Origin: Azolla caroliniana
Lineage: Eukaryota > Plantae > Polypodiophyta
Length of the DNA: 64,000 nucleotides
Direction: 5' to 3'
Assembly: GCA_043228905.1 (NCBI GenBank)
Contig: JBHGNT010000014.1
Span: 11,160,001-11,224,000, forward strand
This document shows, one piece after another, positions 46,301 through 58,694 of the stretch. Position 1 is the first letter of the stretch. Each line of letters opens with the position of its first letter. The position numbers and the translations under genes were made by a program. The notes under the pieces were generated by a model, which saw nothing but the letters and a program-made list of their open reading frames with translations, ran no database searches and was not told where the DNA came from.

Positions 46301-49105
46301 TGTCATCCTTCGCTTCTTCGAAGCTTTCTGGCTCTCCCTCATCGGTCAACATCACATGCTCTGAATGCGAAAATCTTCGGGGGGGCCTTCTCTCTCTGAG
46401 AGGATATCTCTGTCTCTGGGCTTCGGTAACTGGCTCCTCCATTTGCTCTTCATCTGAATCCGATTCGGGGTATTGGCCGGTTCCGGTTTTAGCTTCCTCT
46501 ACTTCTTCTTCTGCCGGTTCGGTATCCTCACCATAACCGACTGGTTCCTCGAGTTCTAACCGGTCTCTTGCCGGTTGGGTCTGCTCATCGTAGAATCGAT
46601 CCTTACCGGTCGACTCGGAGTTCATTATCTTCTTCTCCGACTCCCAGTCGGCGAGTGTCTTGTCATCCATGAAGATAATATCTCGACTCCGAAATACCTT
46701 CTTGTCGACCGGGTCCCACACTCGGTAGCTGAACTCATCGTCGCCGTAACCGAGGAATATGCATGGCCGGGTCTTTGGATCCAACTTTCCTCTCGGTCCT
46801 TAGCTACATGCACGTACGCGAGACACCCGAATACCTTCAGATGCCGGTAGGACACTTCCTTACCGGTCCAGACTCTCTGTGCCATGTCTCTGTCCAAGGG
46901 TACTGAGGGTGATCTGTTTATCACGCATGTCACCGTCGACAATGCCTCAACCCAAAACTTCTTGGGTAGTTTTGCATGCGCCAGCATACTCTGGACCCTC
47001 TCCATTATGGTCTGGTTCATCCTCTCGGCCAGCCCGTTTAGTTCCGACGTCTTCGGCACAGTAAATTCGAGCCAGATTCCCTTCGAGCGACAGTACTCCT
47101 TGAACTGCCGCCGGTATTAACCTCCGTTATCTGCTCAAACCGCTTTCAGCTTTCGGCTGGTTTCTCTTTCCACTCTCGCGTGGAGCTCTTTGAAGACGGA
47201 TAGCACTTGATCCTTTGTCTTCAATGGTGTGGCCCACAGCTTCCGGCTGTGGTCATCTATGAACGTCACGAAGTACTGCGATCCCGCATGTGACTTCGTG
47301 TCCACTTGACACACATCAGTACGCACCAACTCCAGTGGTGCATTACATCTCATTGGTGGCCTTGGTCGGAAGGAGGTCCGGTTTTGCTTACCGGCCAAAC
47401 AATCAGTGCACTTCTCGAAGTGCACGTTATTCATTGGAATGAGGTTGTCGTCTGCAAGCCTCTTCATCCCCTTCTCGCTCATGTGACACAACCTTTTGTG
47501 CCACAGCTCACCGGTAGTGTTGGATGCCACGTTCACTTCCTCCGGACATAACCGGGCATTCATCAAGTACAACGTGTTTACCTTCCGGGCCTGAGCTACA
47601 ATCAGGCTCCCTTTGCTGAACTTCATAACACCGTTCCGGATGCTACCCATGTAGCCTTCATCATCTAGCCGACCGGTTGATATCAGGTTCAAACAAACCT
47701 CTCGAATGTGTCGGACATCCTTCAGCAGCAGCTTGCATCCGGTTGGTGTTGTCAACCACACGTCTCTTATGCCGACAATTCGGCATGTTCCTTCATTCCC
47801 CATCCGGACACAGCCGTGATCACCGGCTGCATAGGATGAGAAGCATTTCCGGTCCGGGGTAAGCTGGAACGACGCTTCGGAGTCGACCACCCAGGTCATC
47901 TTGTCGCCGGCAAGGTTTATCTCACTCTCCTCGGTGATGAGCATCAACTCTTCTTCACTTGCCATGATTGCCGTTGTTCCCTTCCGGTTCGTTCCCCTCC
48001 GGTCTTTACCATTCCGGTCCGGTGTCCACTTTGAATCGGTACCGTTGGTTTCCTTGTCTTTTCGGAAATGCCGACAGTTCTTCTAGAAGTGTCCCGGCTT
48101 GCCGTAATAGAAGCAAGTAGGCCTCCCCCTTGACTTTGACCGTGTCCCCTACTTTTCCCGGTTCTAGGGACTACGGTTCCTTTGTCTTCCATGTTCCGAT
48201 TTGGTAAGGAGTGCTTTGGGGTCGGAGATCGTATCCTTATATTTCCGACGCGCCTCCTCATCTAGCAAGCTCAACTTCACTCTTGCTAGGGATAACCATT
48301 TCCCTTCCGGCTTGGCGTCGCCCAAAGTGACAACCAACGTCTCCCAACTATCCGGGAGGGAACCGAGCAGGAGTAGCGCTAGTACCTCATCGGTGAGTGG
48401 TACTTCCAATGATGTTGCCTGGTGGATCAGCCACTGGAAGGCATTCATGTGCTCCGCCATGCTGGAGCCATCTTGGTACCAGAGTCTTACTAGCTTCTGA
48501 AATACCGAAACCTGATTGACAACATTTTTGTTCTAAAACATAATGTCGATCTTCTCCCAGAGCTCATGAGCCTTGCTCTCTTCATTGAAGTTGTTGTATA
48601 GGCTCATGTCGATGAAGCATCGTATGTATGCCGTTCTCTTCATGTGCATCACCTCCCATATCGTGGCGTTGATTTTGTCTGGTCTCTTGTCCCCGAACTG
48701 GACCGACAACCAAAGATCTTTAACCACGAGCATGTCCCTCATCTTCGACTTCCACACGGAATAGTTGGAGCCGGTGAGCTTGAACATGCCTCCCAACGAT
48801 TCGTCCATTTTTCTGTGTCGTTTTGCTCTAATATCACTTTGACAAGAATTACACGCTCCGATGAACACCGCTCGGCCACAACCGAGCTTAGAATCAAACA
48901 CAGAAAACGGGAATGACTACACGACACAATGGAGAGAAGAGTACACAGGATGTTAACGTGGAAAAACCCAAACTAGGGAAAAACCACGGCAGCCCACAGA
49001 ATGCAAACTAACACTATATCACAATATACAATAGTGAAGCACCGAGGCAACGAACTCGAGCTTGCTATCTTCGCCACAGGTGGTGGTTACAATAGAGGCA
49101 ATGAC

Positions 49106-49156
<51 letters not shown>

Positions 49157-49592
49157 CACAGTTACACACTCAAATCTTGCACCAACAAGAATGGCAAAAA
49201 CACACACAAAAGAGTTTGCCCTAAGTCATATTTATACTAATATGACTTTCCAGCTATTTACAAATATAACCCCGATGGACTCTTAGAAACATATTTACGA
49301 ATATGTCCCTTCATCCGGTGAGCACTCCTCACCGGGCCTGCATCATCCGGCGCTTGCCGGGCACTCATCATCCGGTTCTCACCGGGTCTTCCGTTTCCGG
49401 GTACTCCTTAGCCGGGTCTCACCGGGCCTTCACCATCTAGCTCTTGCTGGGGACTCGTCATCCGGTTCTCACCGGACCTTCACGATCCGGCTCTTGTCGG
49501 GGACTCGTCATCCGGTTCTCACCGGGTCTTCCGTTGCCGGGTACTCCTCATCAGGTTCTCACTTTCCATCCGGAGGGACCTGTTTCCTAACA
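43309..49592 (-). mobile_element. Full-length degenerate Copia C8 (C2 family) nested in the C7 protease region; LTRs 43309-43992 and 48840-49592
   Basis: TSD GCAAC/ACAAC, eroded PBS 48825-48836, PPT GAAGGGGGAGTT. Gag-pol is highly similar to 6634-10128. Confidence 0.92.
45384..46138 (-). mobile_element. Solo LTR of the C2 subfamily nested in C8 RT
   Basis: TSD TGTAT at 45379-45383 and 46139-46143. Begins TGTTGGGAGACAGG like the LTR at 5876. Confidence 0.92.
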
Positions 49593-52500
49593 ACAACACT
49601 GTGCCCTAATCGGAATCGGCACCGTAGAGCTCAACTTTCCAGGTGGCTCTACACTCGTACTACATAACGTCTGACACGTTCCTGAGCTTTCAAGACCCTT
49701 GATCTCAGTCGGAAAACTTGACGAAGCCGGCATCCGTGCCGGGTTCGCATTAGGAGGGTGGACACTCCACAAAGGGAACCTCCTGCTTGCTCGAGAACCA
49801 AAGGTACACTCTTTGTACCCTTTATATGTCACACTCAAAGAGGGTGACTTATTTTTGGTTGATATCCCCATGTCATCGTTATGGCACGGACGACTTGGAC
49901 ACCTCAGCAAGGACGACATAACGCACCTATCTAGAGCCGGTTACATCCCCAAGCTCTCCTTCTCGGATCACCAATTCTGCAAGCATTGCTAGTACGGCAA
50001 ACAGGTAGCCGCATCACACCCGACATCAGCACCAAGACAATCGAGTCCCCTCGATTTGGTCCACTCGGACGTCTTTGGCCCGATGCCACATTAGTCTCTT
50101 GTCGGTGCTTCGTACTTCATCAGTTTTATTGACGACTCGACTTGGAAGGTGTGGGCTTACCCCATTAGAACCAAAGATCGGGTGTTCTCGATCTTCTCCG
50201 AATGGCTTGCAATGGTCGAAAACCAGACCGGTCGGAAGCTAAAATGTCTCCGAACCGATAATGGAGGAGAATTCAAGTCTGACGATTTCGTCAAATTTTG
50301 CCGGGAACGCGGCATTCAATGTGAATATATGACACCCTATAGTACGGAGCAGAATGGAATTGTTGAATGGATGAATCGGACGATTCAAGAACGCATAGTA
50401 TCCATGCTCCAACACTCCGAACTATCGGATGGCTTCTGGGCAGAGGCTCTACTTACGGTAGTACACATAATAAATATGTCGCCAAGTTGACCTCTAGGAC
50501 TTAAAATATCTCAGGAAACATGGACCGGTAGTAAGCCGAATTATTACAAGCTGAGGATCTTCCGTTGCGAGGCGTATGTCTTCATACCAAAAGACGACCG
50601 CCGGAAACTCGAACCAAGATCAACGAAATGCGTTTTCCTTGGATATGGAGCCGACGGCGAGATCGGATACCGACTCTAGGATCCCAAGCACAAACAAATC
50701 GTCCGAAGTTCGGACATCATGTTCAACGAGTCGGCTATGCATAAAACGGCCGAAAGGCCTATTGAAATCCGAAGGGTAATATTTTCCGAAGTGCCAACCC
50801 TTCATGAAGGCCCAGCCCACAACACGAGATCAGTTTCACGGGTAACCGACACCTCCTGTCATGAATCCACCGATTCAGCACAACTGAATGGCTCGACTTC
50901 TGACCATCCGACACCTATACCTGGGGTGACCAGTCTAGTCATACCTTGAAGATCCGAGAGACTGTCGCAACCTCCGGAAAGGTACTCTCCCGGAATTTTC
51001 TTTACCGACGTCTTACAAAGAAGCATCGACATTTGCCGACTCAGCCACCTGGCAGCTGGCGATGGAGTCGGAAATGCACTCCATTTGCACAAACAAGACT
51101 TGGGACTTGGTTGAATTACCGGAGAATCGACGTGCTCTTCCGTGTAAGTGGGTCTATCGACTAAAAGAGACGTCCGACTCGACCAACCCAAAGTACAAGA
51201 CCAGATTAGTTGCGAAGGGATTTCGACAAGAATATGGCATCGACTTCGACGAAATCTTTTCACCAGTGGTGAAAATGACAACCCTTCGTTTCATGCTCGG
51301 CGTTGTGGCCGCCGAAAACTTGGAGCTGATTCAGCTAGATGTAGAAACAACATTCCTCCACGGTGACCTACAGGAGGAAATCTATATGGAGCAGCAGAAA
51401 GGCTTTGTGGTATCGGGCCAGGAACATCTAGTCTACCGACTCAGGAAGAGTTTATATAGCCTAAAACAGGCACCCTGACAATGGTACAAGAAGTTCAACG
51501 ACTTCATCTAGTCGATCGGCTTCTCCGAGAGCGATGAGGACCACTGTCTCTTTGCCAAAACAACTCAAGACAGGTCTCCCATCTTCCTCATCATTTACGT
51601 GGACGACATACTCCTCTCCGGCCGACATGCCGAAGAGCTCACCGAACTCGTTCGAAAACTACGGTTGAAGTTTGCCATGAAGGACCTCGGTCCAGCAAGA
51701 CACATACTTGGTATGAAGATTAGTGGGCATCGCAATAAACAACAACTTTTCTTGTCTCAAACCGACTACATCGGACGTGTCTTGGAACGCTTCAACATGC
51801 ACTCAGCCAAGTCTGCTTTGACCCCACTCCCCATTAACCTTTGGCTGTCTCAGGGAGACTACCCGACATCCGGTCCGGAGGGGGAAGATATGAAGTCGGT
51901 ACCGTATGCACCGGCAGTCGGCTCCCTTATGTACGTGATGGTCGCGACACGACCTGATATTTCTCACGTCGTAGGAGTCGTCAGCAGATTCATGCACAAC
52001 CCAGGCCGATCGCACTAGAACGCAGTCAAGCATGTGTTCAGATATCTAGTTGGCACAAAAGAGCACAACATTCTTTTTGGCCCGAACTTAACCTCAGGCG
52101 TAGTCGGTTACACCAACTCGGACTTCGTCGGTTGCGTGGACAGTCAGAAATCAACAACCGGATATTGTTTCAAATTCGGCAATGGAGCAATCTCGTGGAA
52201 GTCGAAACTTCAGGAGTGCATAACCACCTCAACAACCGAAGCGGAATATGTAGCTGCGTCTGACGCGGCAAAAGAAGCTTTATGGCTCGGTCGGCTGGCG
52301 CACACGTTTCGACAAGTCGACTTCGACTCGGCTCCAGTTGTCTACAACGACAGTCAGGGTGTTGTTGCTTTGTCAAAAAGTCTGGTTCAACACAACGCCT
52401 CCAAGCATATCGACGTTCGATATCACTTTGTTCAGGACTGCGTCATCTTAAGGAAAATTAGTCTCGAGAAGATATCCACAACCGATAATGTCGCAGATGG

Positions 52501-52974
52501 AATGACCAAGTGTCTTTCGGCGGATCGCTTCCGGTCCCTTCGGCACCAAATGGGCATAACGAAAAATTGGTCCGGTTAAAGTCGAACACACAGCACGAGA
52601 TGGCTTCGAACAACCGACATCGGTTCTTTGAGGATCGGCTTTAGCTCTTCCGATCCGACCGATTCGGTCTTCTGTCTTCAGATCTTGCCGACTCGAACAA
52701 AACCGATCTGTCTGATAAACCTTGCATATACCTGTAATTTCAGATAACCCATGCATACGCCCATTACGGGGGAGTGTTGAATATGAGTGTATAATGGCCG
52801 TATTCACACTATCCCTTTGGACAACCCAAGTTTGGGCTATTTCTGTAAATAGCATAAAGGGTAGTTGGCCTAGGAAAGTCATTATATACAGGGACTTTGT
52901 AACCTTTAGAGGAGGTTGTTGGTTGTCATTTGTAACCATTGCTATTAAGAATAAAACGTTTCTTCTGTGCCTAT

Positions 52975-53014
<40 letters not shown>

Positions 53015-53204
53015 CTTGTTTATTCTCATACACAGGTCCTTCAACATCACAGATGTTGTTTGTTCTTCCACACTGATGACCTTGTCCCCAACACCTACTG
53101 TATAACCATTCATGCTAATAAAGTAGGATGACCCCAAACACATAATTTTGATCTTTTGGAAGACTTCTACACAAACCAAATTGAGAGGAAAATTGGACTT
53201 TTTC

Positions 53205-53320
53205 TTAGTCTTTGGTGGATTTCCGCCATCTCCCGGTTTTAGTTTATACACCCAGTTATTCCGGAGTGCCCTCTTTCCTTTCAGCAACTCTGTCAACTTG
53301 TATGTGTGGTTCTCATGCAT
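53205..53320 (-). mobile_element. Small Copia RT fragment (C2/C3-like)
   Basis: HENHTYKLTELLKGKRALRNNWVYKLKPGDGGNPP. Confidence 0.7.
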
Positions 53321-54545
53321 GTGTATTTCCAACCAGGACAACCCTAAAACAATAAGATGTTGAGGGGTTGCAATGAGATAGAATGTTAATACCTCCTGGT
53401 GGAACCCGACTTGAAGTACCAACGGGACAATGGCTTCAGTAACCACCCCCAAAGAGAGAACCCGTCCGTCAATACCTTCAACGGATATGGGTTGTGTTGT
53501 GCGGACGGTGGGAATTTTATGTGTTCTGACGAACACGATATTGATGAAACAAGTAGATGCCTAGAATCGAGCAAGGCATGGGATTTTATTGAAATAGACC
53601 CAAAACAAAGACTTACTTGCAAAGTAAAACCTCCTGCTGTCGTGACTGAATTGTAGGAGCATAGAGAAGTAGGGCAAGGGGAAGTGTCCAATGGCATGGC
53701 TCCTATTGTAGCCAAACTTGCTCGTTTTCCTGTTGTCCAAAAACCTCTGCAAGATGTGCATGATCATTTTCTTGTTGTCGAGAAACCTCTGCAAGACGTG
53801 CACAGTGGGATTGATGACAAGGGCCGCACATTGGGCAGTGGCGGATGACATGGCCGGGGGTACCACAATAGAGGCAGAGGCCATTGTCACGTCAATGTTG
53901 CTGTTGGACATCGGTTAATGGTTGGAACCGAGCATGGTCGATCTCCATTGGGGTACGGGGATCGACCTCCATTGGGGTATGAGTATCATTGGAAGATGGT
54001 AACCGTGGCGTGCTTGGCGAAACTTAATATATGGCCTTGTGAGTAGAGCATTGCGGGAGGAAGACGGAAAACCTCGAGTCCCCCTGTTCCTCTTGTCGAA
54101 GCTTGAAAAGACGATTATCATATTGAACGGCTTGGGAGATTACCTGGGACATTGATGTGGGCTCCGGAAAGTTTAAGAGAAGAGTCTTGACATCATTTCT
54201 GAGGCCTTGATGAAACTGGTCGCATAAAGCTTGGTCATCCCAGCTGACATCGCACGCGACCTGACGAAACTTTGAAGCATAAACGGAAGCTGGATGAGAG
54301 CCTTGTTCTAAGGAATAGAGTTTCGTGAGTGTCGTTCATCGTCGATATGTCTCTCCAAATGTGGCTTCAAGCTCCGCAAAGAGGGTAGGAAAGTTGTCTA
54401 AGAGTGGGGATGAGGTCTCGATCAATGGTAGAAACCACGCTTGTGCCAGCCCCGAGAGAAGGGTGCCAATGAGGCCAACCCGACAGAAATCACTAGCATA
54501 ACGTTGGGGTTGTAAGTGGATGATAAGCCGAATTTGATTGATGAA
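53321..54545 (-). mobile_element. Degenerate chromovirus-like Gypsy gag-protease fragment G4
   Basis: LLSGLAQAWF capsid motif, LCLYCGTPGHVIRHCP knuckle, ALLDS and IVLGLSWL protease motifs. Confidence 0.75.
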
Positions 54546-55045
54546 TGTTAACCATTTCTGGGGGAAACACCTTCGATGAGACCACAGGCTATCGGTATCA
54601 AGGGGTTGTGTTACATGGAAGCCTCTTCTACACCGAGAAGACGTTATGGGAACGAGGAACGTACACAAGCTACAACCCGTTAGACATAGACATAGCTCAG
54701 TTTACGAGTACGGGGAGAATACATAGATGAAGGAACAGTAAGAGGAAGATTTATATTAAATGAGACAGCTCACGGTGATTACAGTACACGACTCTCGGCC
54801 GGAAACAGTTTGTGTAGAGCTCAGTGCTACGATATTAATCTTGCTAAATAATCTAGGTATCTCCCCCCTCGAGGTATGCAGATCTCAGTTTATAAAGTTT
54901 TCTTCTTTAGACAGAGCCGAGCCATCGGCTGATTGTGAGGGCTAAAAAGTCGACTTATTCTAGTTCTACCTATTTCCTCACCTACTTTTCTACCTATCGG
55001 CGAGTTTACATATTATGTATTTATATTTCTGGCCTATGGACAACA

Positions 55046-55088
55046 CCTGGCATGCCCATGGGACAGGACTTTGTCCGTCGGACCCACG
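55046..55088 (-). other. tRNA-Arg 3'-end-like module (inverted PBS) in place of the PPT, element G2
   Basis: CGTGGGTCCGA-CGGACAAAGTCCT-GTCCCATGGGCATGCCA-GG directly precedes the LTR TG. Confidence 0.75.
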
Positions 55089-55180
55089 ATTCACAAAGTG
55101 GGGGAATAACCACGAATTTTGCAAAAAACAAAAAAAAATTCAAAATTTGCCCGTTTATACAAGGGGCTTATGGGTTTGTT

Positions 55181-58164
55181 TTAATCATCTTCTAATATGC
55201 TGAGGATATTCTTGGGGGCGTGGGGTTGGTCTAGCTGCTCGGAAGGTGGGGTTGGTGATGAGGGTTTTGCTGCCGAGTCGGGGATGGCTATGTCTTCACG
55301 TGCACCGCCCTCTGTTGGTTCCGATTCAGGCAGGGTCGTGGTCATAGTTTGTGGTTCAGTTGTGATGTGGGGATCTGTAGGGGCGGGTTCCTCTTGTCTG
55401 GCTTCCATGGTGGTTGGCTCGGGTTCGTGCTCATCGGTCATGGGAGCTCTGTTAGTCACGATAGCTAGGCGGTCCTCCTCGTAAGCTTCAGCTTCTAAAA
55501 GGAACATTATTTGATTGTCGTTGAATTACTCTAGAAGTTGCTCGATGGCCACGGTGTGGGATGCTGCTAAGGTATGATATTCCTCAGTCAAGTCTTCATG
55601 GAGGGTCTTGATGCTGGTGTCATCCATCTTGTAAAACCCTCGGCCCTCCTTCCTTTGGTTCTTGGCGTCCGCGCGTAATATGTGTAGTTCAGCGGCTTGG
55701 GCTGACCATTCCTGCCATACACGGTTGAGCGTTTCCCTGATCTTCTTTATTTTAGTATCGTCCATGCCGATGCTAGCTCGATGAACTTCCACTTCCTCCC
55801 TTGCGGCCTTGGCGTCTTCTTGGCATTTGCGGATGAGGAGTGCCAGAGTAGCTTGGTTATCTTTTGCTTTTGCGGTTACGAGCGCGATTGTCTGCTCATA
55901 ACGTTTGGTGAGCTGAGCTACAGTTTCTTCTATTTCCTATCTCCAAGCGTCCCGCTGTCATTCCCTGGTGGTGATGTCCTCTATTTGCAACTAGTGATAA
56001 GCATCGGAAATTTTCGCCATTTGCTCTTCAAAGATCCTCCACTTTTGCATGTGTTCGTTTGCCAATTCCTGTAATGCCCTTTGTTCACGGCGTAATTCCT
56101 GGTTGTCTGCGAATAGCCCGCGTTCCCGTTGGCTATTCCTCTCTACTTCTTTGATGAATCGTTCTTTGGCCTCGGTGATAGCGACCTGAATGTTCATCAC
56201 CTCTCTTTCTTGTCCTTTGAGTTCGGCCGAGGTTTCAGCAAGCAGTCGCTTGAGGTCAGCTTCACAGCCTGCAGCATGTTCTCGTAGTTGGCCAATAATG
56301 TTGTTGTGGTTTTGTTCTACTAACTCGTCCAGAGCGATCTGGCCCTTAAGCTCCTCTTGGAAGTCACGGAGGGGAGGCCCTGTCTGGGTTGGTGCTTGCT
56401 GGTTCTGGGAATTGGGTTCCCTATATGTCTGTGTCGATCTTTCCATGATGACAAGTGGTCGTGGCGTTTGTGTCGAGGCGTGGCTGGTTTGGGGGCGCAT
56501 GCTTTTATTTGCCAGTGATGATGTCTCGCTTGTCTGTACCGAATCCTTCATCGTGCTTGCATTGGGTGTGACTACCCTGGGGTGAGCTATGTCATTGTTG
56601 TGTGCTTCGGTAATAGTAGCACTCAGGCTCGGGTTCGGAAAAGGGGCTGAAAAGGCATTGTTACTCGGGGCAGGGAGGCTTAAGGGCGGTTGTTCTTGAG
56701 GTCGCTGCTCCAATGACGCCAGTTTCTGCTCGACGGCTTGCCATAGCTCGGTGGCCCGTTTGGCTTGCTGCTGTGTCGTTTTGATACGTCGGGCCATGTC
56801 CTTGGTTGCCCAAGTTATGTGGTGCAGATTTCGATATGCCTCGACTAAGGCTGTGTTCCGATTGGGTAGCTCCATGAGGAGAGAAGCATTATGTGCTTGC
56901 TTCGTCCGCCCTATCTTCTGTAAGGCGCGATCCTCGTGAGGTTCGATTTCTCCCATTAGAGAGCGTTGGATCATCTTTGTTTCCGCGTGGTCCTCGGCCA
57001 TACGAAAGGCAACAACTACTTGGGCTTGCGCGAGAAAATCCATTAACTCAAATGTTGTGCCCAGTCAAAGTAGTGCACTGAACTCGTATGCCTCTGCGGG
57101 AAGGTCTTTGTAACCGAGGACTTCCTCCTTTGATATCTGCGTGGTTTGTCCATGCTCAATCCTACCTACTTGGAGCCATGACTCTATTGGTACCATGGCC
57201 GTGGAGGTTGGGATGGCCTCCTTTGATTTCTGATGCTGGGTCCCCTCTGTTTCTGGTGTCTACTCGCGATTGATGCGTCGTCTCGTTTTCGGCTGATCCT
57301 GTGAGTCTGGGGCCTGTGGTGTTGGCTCCTCAACTTGTTTCCTCTTTTGTTGTTGTATGCTCGGGGGATGCTGGTTTGTGGGGCGTGGGCTCGGTTGTGG
57401 AGAGGGCATCAATGTCCTTGGTGTCTTCTGTTGTATGGTGACATCCTCAGTGACGGGCTCCCCGGCCTCGTCCCATTCGACACGGGTCGCTTGTAACGCC
57501 CTTTGCTTTTGTGTTTTTGGTGGGGGTGGTGCCGAGGTGGGAGTAGGATTCCAAACGGCCGAGGGAGGTGGAGAAGCCGAGGGGTCTTCCCATTCTTCCT
57601 GGGTTAACGCCAAAATCTTCTCCCGTTGTTTCCGTGGTGGTCGTGGAGAGGTAAGGATGCGATGAGGGGAAAACGAAGGAGGTGGGTAGAGGACTGTGCG
57701 GTAATGATTCATCATAGGTAACAATCGCTTACACTGACTCCTTCGCCGATGATGATTGCCCAATCAATTTTCTCACCTTTGTATGCTCTGATGATGATGG
57801 CAGCTTTATTCTATGGCATACTTGTGGGATTTGTATGCAGAAAGGCGTATTCCATCAAAATTTGGGCGATCTCCCCAAAAGCCTTGCTTGGTCCTTCGTA
57901 AGTGCGGTAAGCTTTTCCCGACATCGAATACATCCCAAAGTATTCCTTGAGGGTCGCGTGAGGAGGAATCTCGACCTCATGTTCTCCACCTCGCGCAAGG
58001 TCCAGAGCAACACAAATCATGTTGTTGGTTACTATGTTAGGGTGGATTCTGCGTGTTATTGCTTCGGTGTCAGGGTGCGTTGGGGTGTCGATGACCCGTA
58101 AGTAACCGCCCAATCCTCGTTGTTGTAGCCAAGAACGTGTTTCCTGCGATTATGCGAGAGGCAT
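55181..58164 (-). pseudogene. Accessory ORF (eORF) downstream of pol in G2, fragmented
   Basis: ORF pieces 57811-58113, 57260-57763, 55991-57043, 55526-55792 and 55181-55507 are collinear with and homologous to the G3 ORF. Confidence 0.75.
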
Positions 58165-58694
58165 GGTGGACTCAAAGGTTTGCTAACAGGGGTCATGGGG
58201 AGAAGGATGAGACGAGAGCGAGACAGAAAGATGGAAGAAGATGGTTGGGGAGGACACCGTTGTTCTGTGCAGGGGCTACGAGGGCGAGAGAAGGCCTATT
58301 TGTAGGAGCGATGAGAACGAGAGAGAGCTTGGGAGCTTGAAGGCAGTGAAGGCAAGAATGCTTCTGTGTGAGTGGGTGCGTTGTGTGTGGGGTAGTTTCT
58401 TTTATGTGACCGCCTAGGGTTTTCTGCAGGGAGAAGATCCTTTAGATTCTTGGTTGTGGCTACCATAATAAGGTATTATGGCCATGCGTCATAGGAGTGC
58501 TATGCCTAGTGTGCATGTTCTTTAAATATTCTACTTTAAGGTGAAGGTGACTAGTTGGTGCGCCTAAGAAAATGTCGTGATTTGGGGTGATTTGTTAGGT
58601 AGTTTAGGTAAGGCTAATATAAATGTTGACACTTCCTACCATATAATTTTGGTGGGTAGGTCATTTTTTTATCGATGCGGGCATGTGGCCTCCT

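Larger units (their letters stand above)
41491..53093 (+). mobile_element. Full-length degenerate Ty1/Copia C7 (LTRs 41491-41796 and 52775-53093), host of nested C8
   Basis: TSD CCTAC on both sides, PBS TGGTATCCGAGC 41799-41810, PPT ACGGGGGAG. Gag/PR 42312-43308; INT/RT/RH 49598-52579. Confidence 0.93.

Noticed and set aside
44429-46784. 376-aa and 274-aa ORFs with novel termini
   Set aside because: Chance read-through across solo-LTR insertion junctions in Copia pol.
52448-53536. 362-aa ORF that looks like a fusion gene
   Set aside because: Runs across a Gypsy protease fragment, a Copia RT scrap, an LTR and antisense RNase H; a junction artefact.
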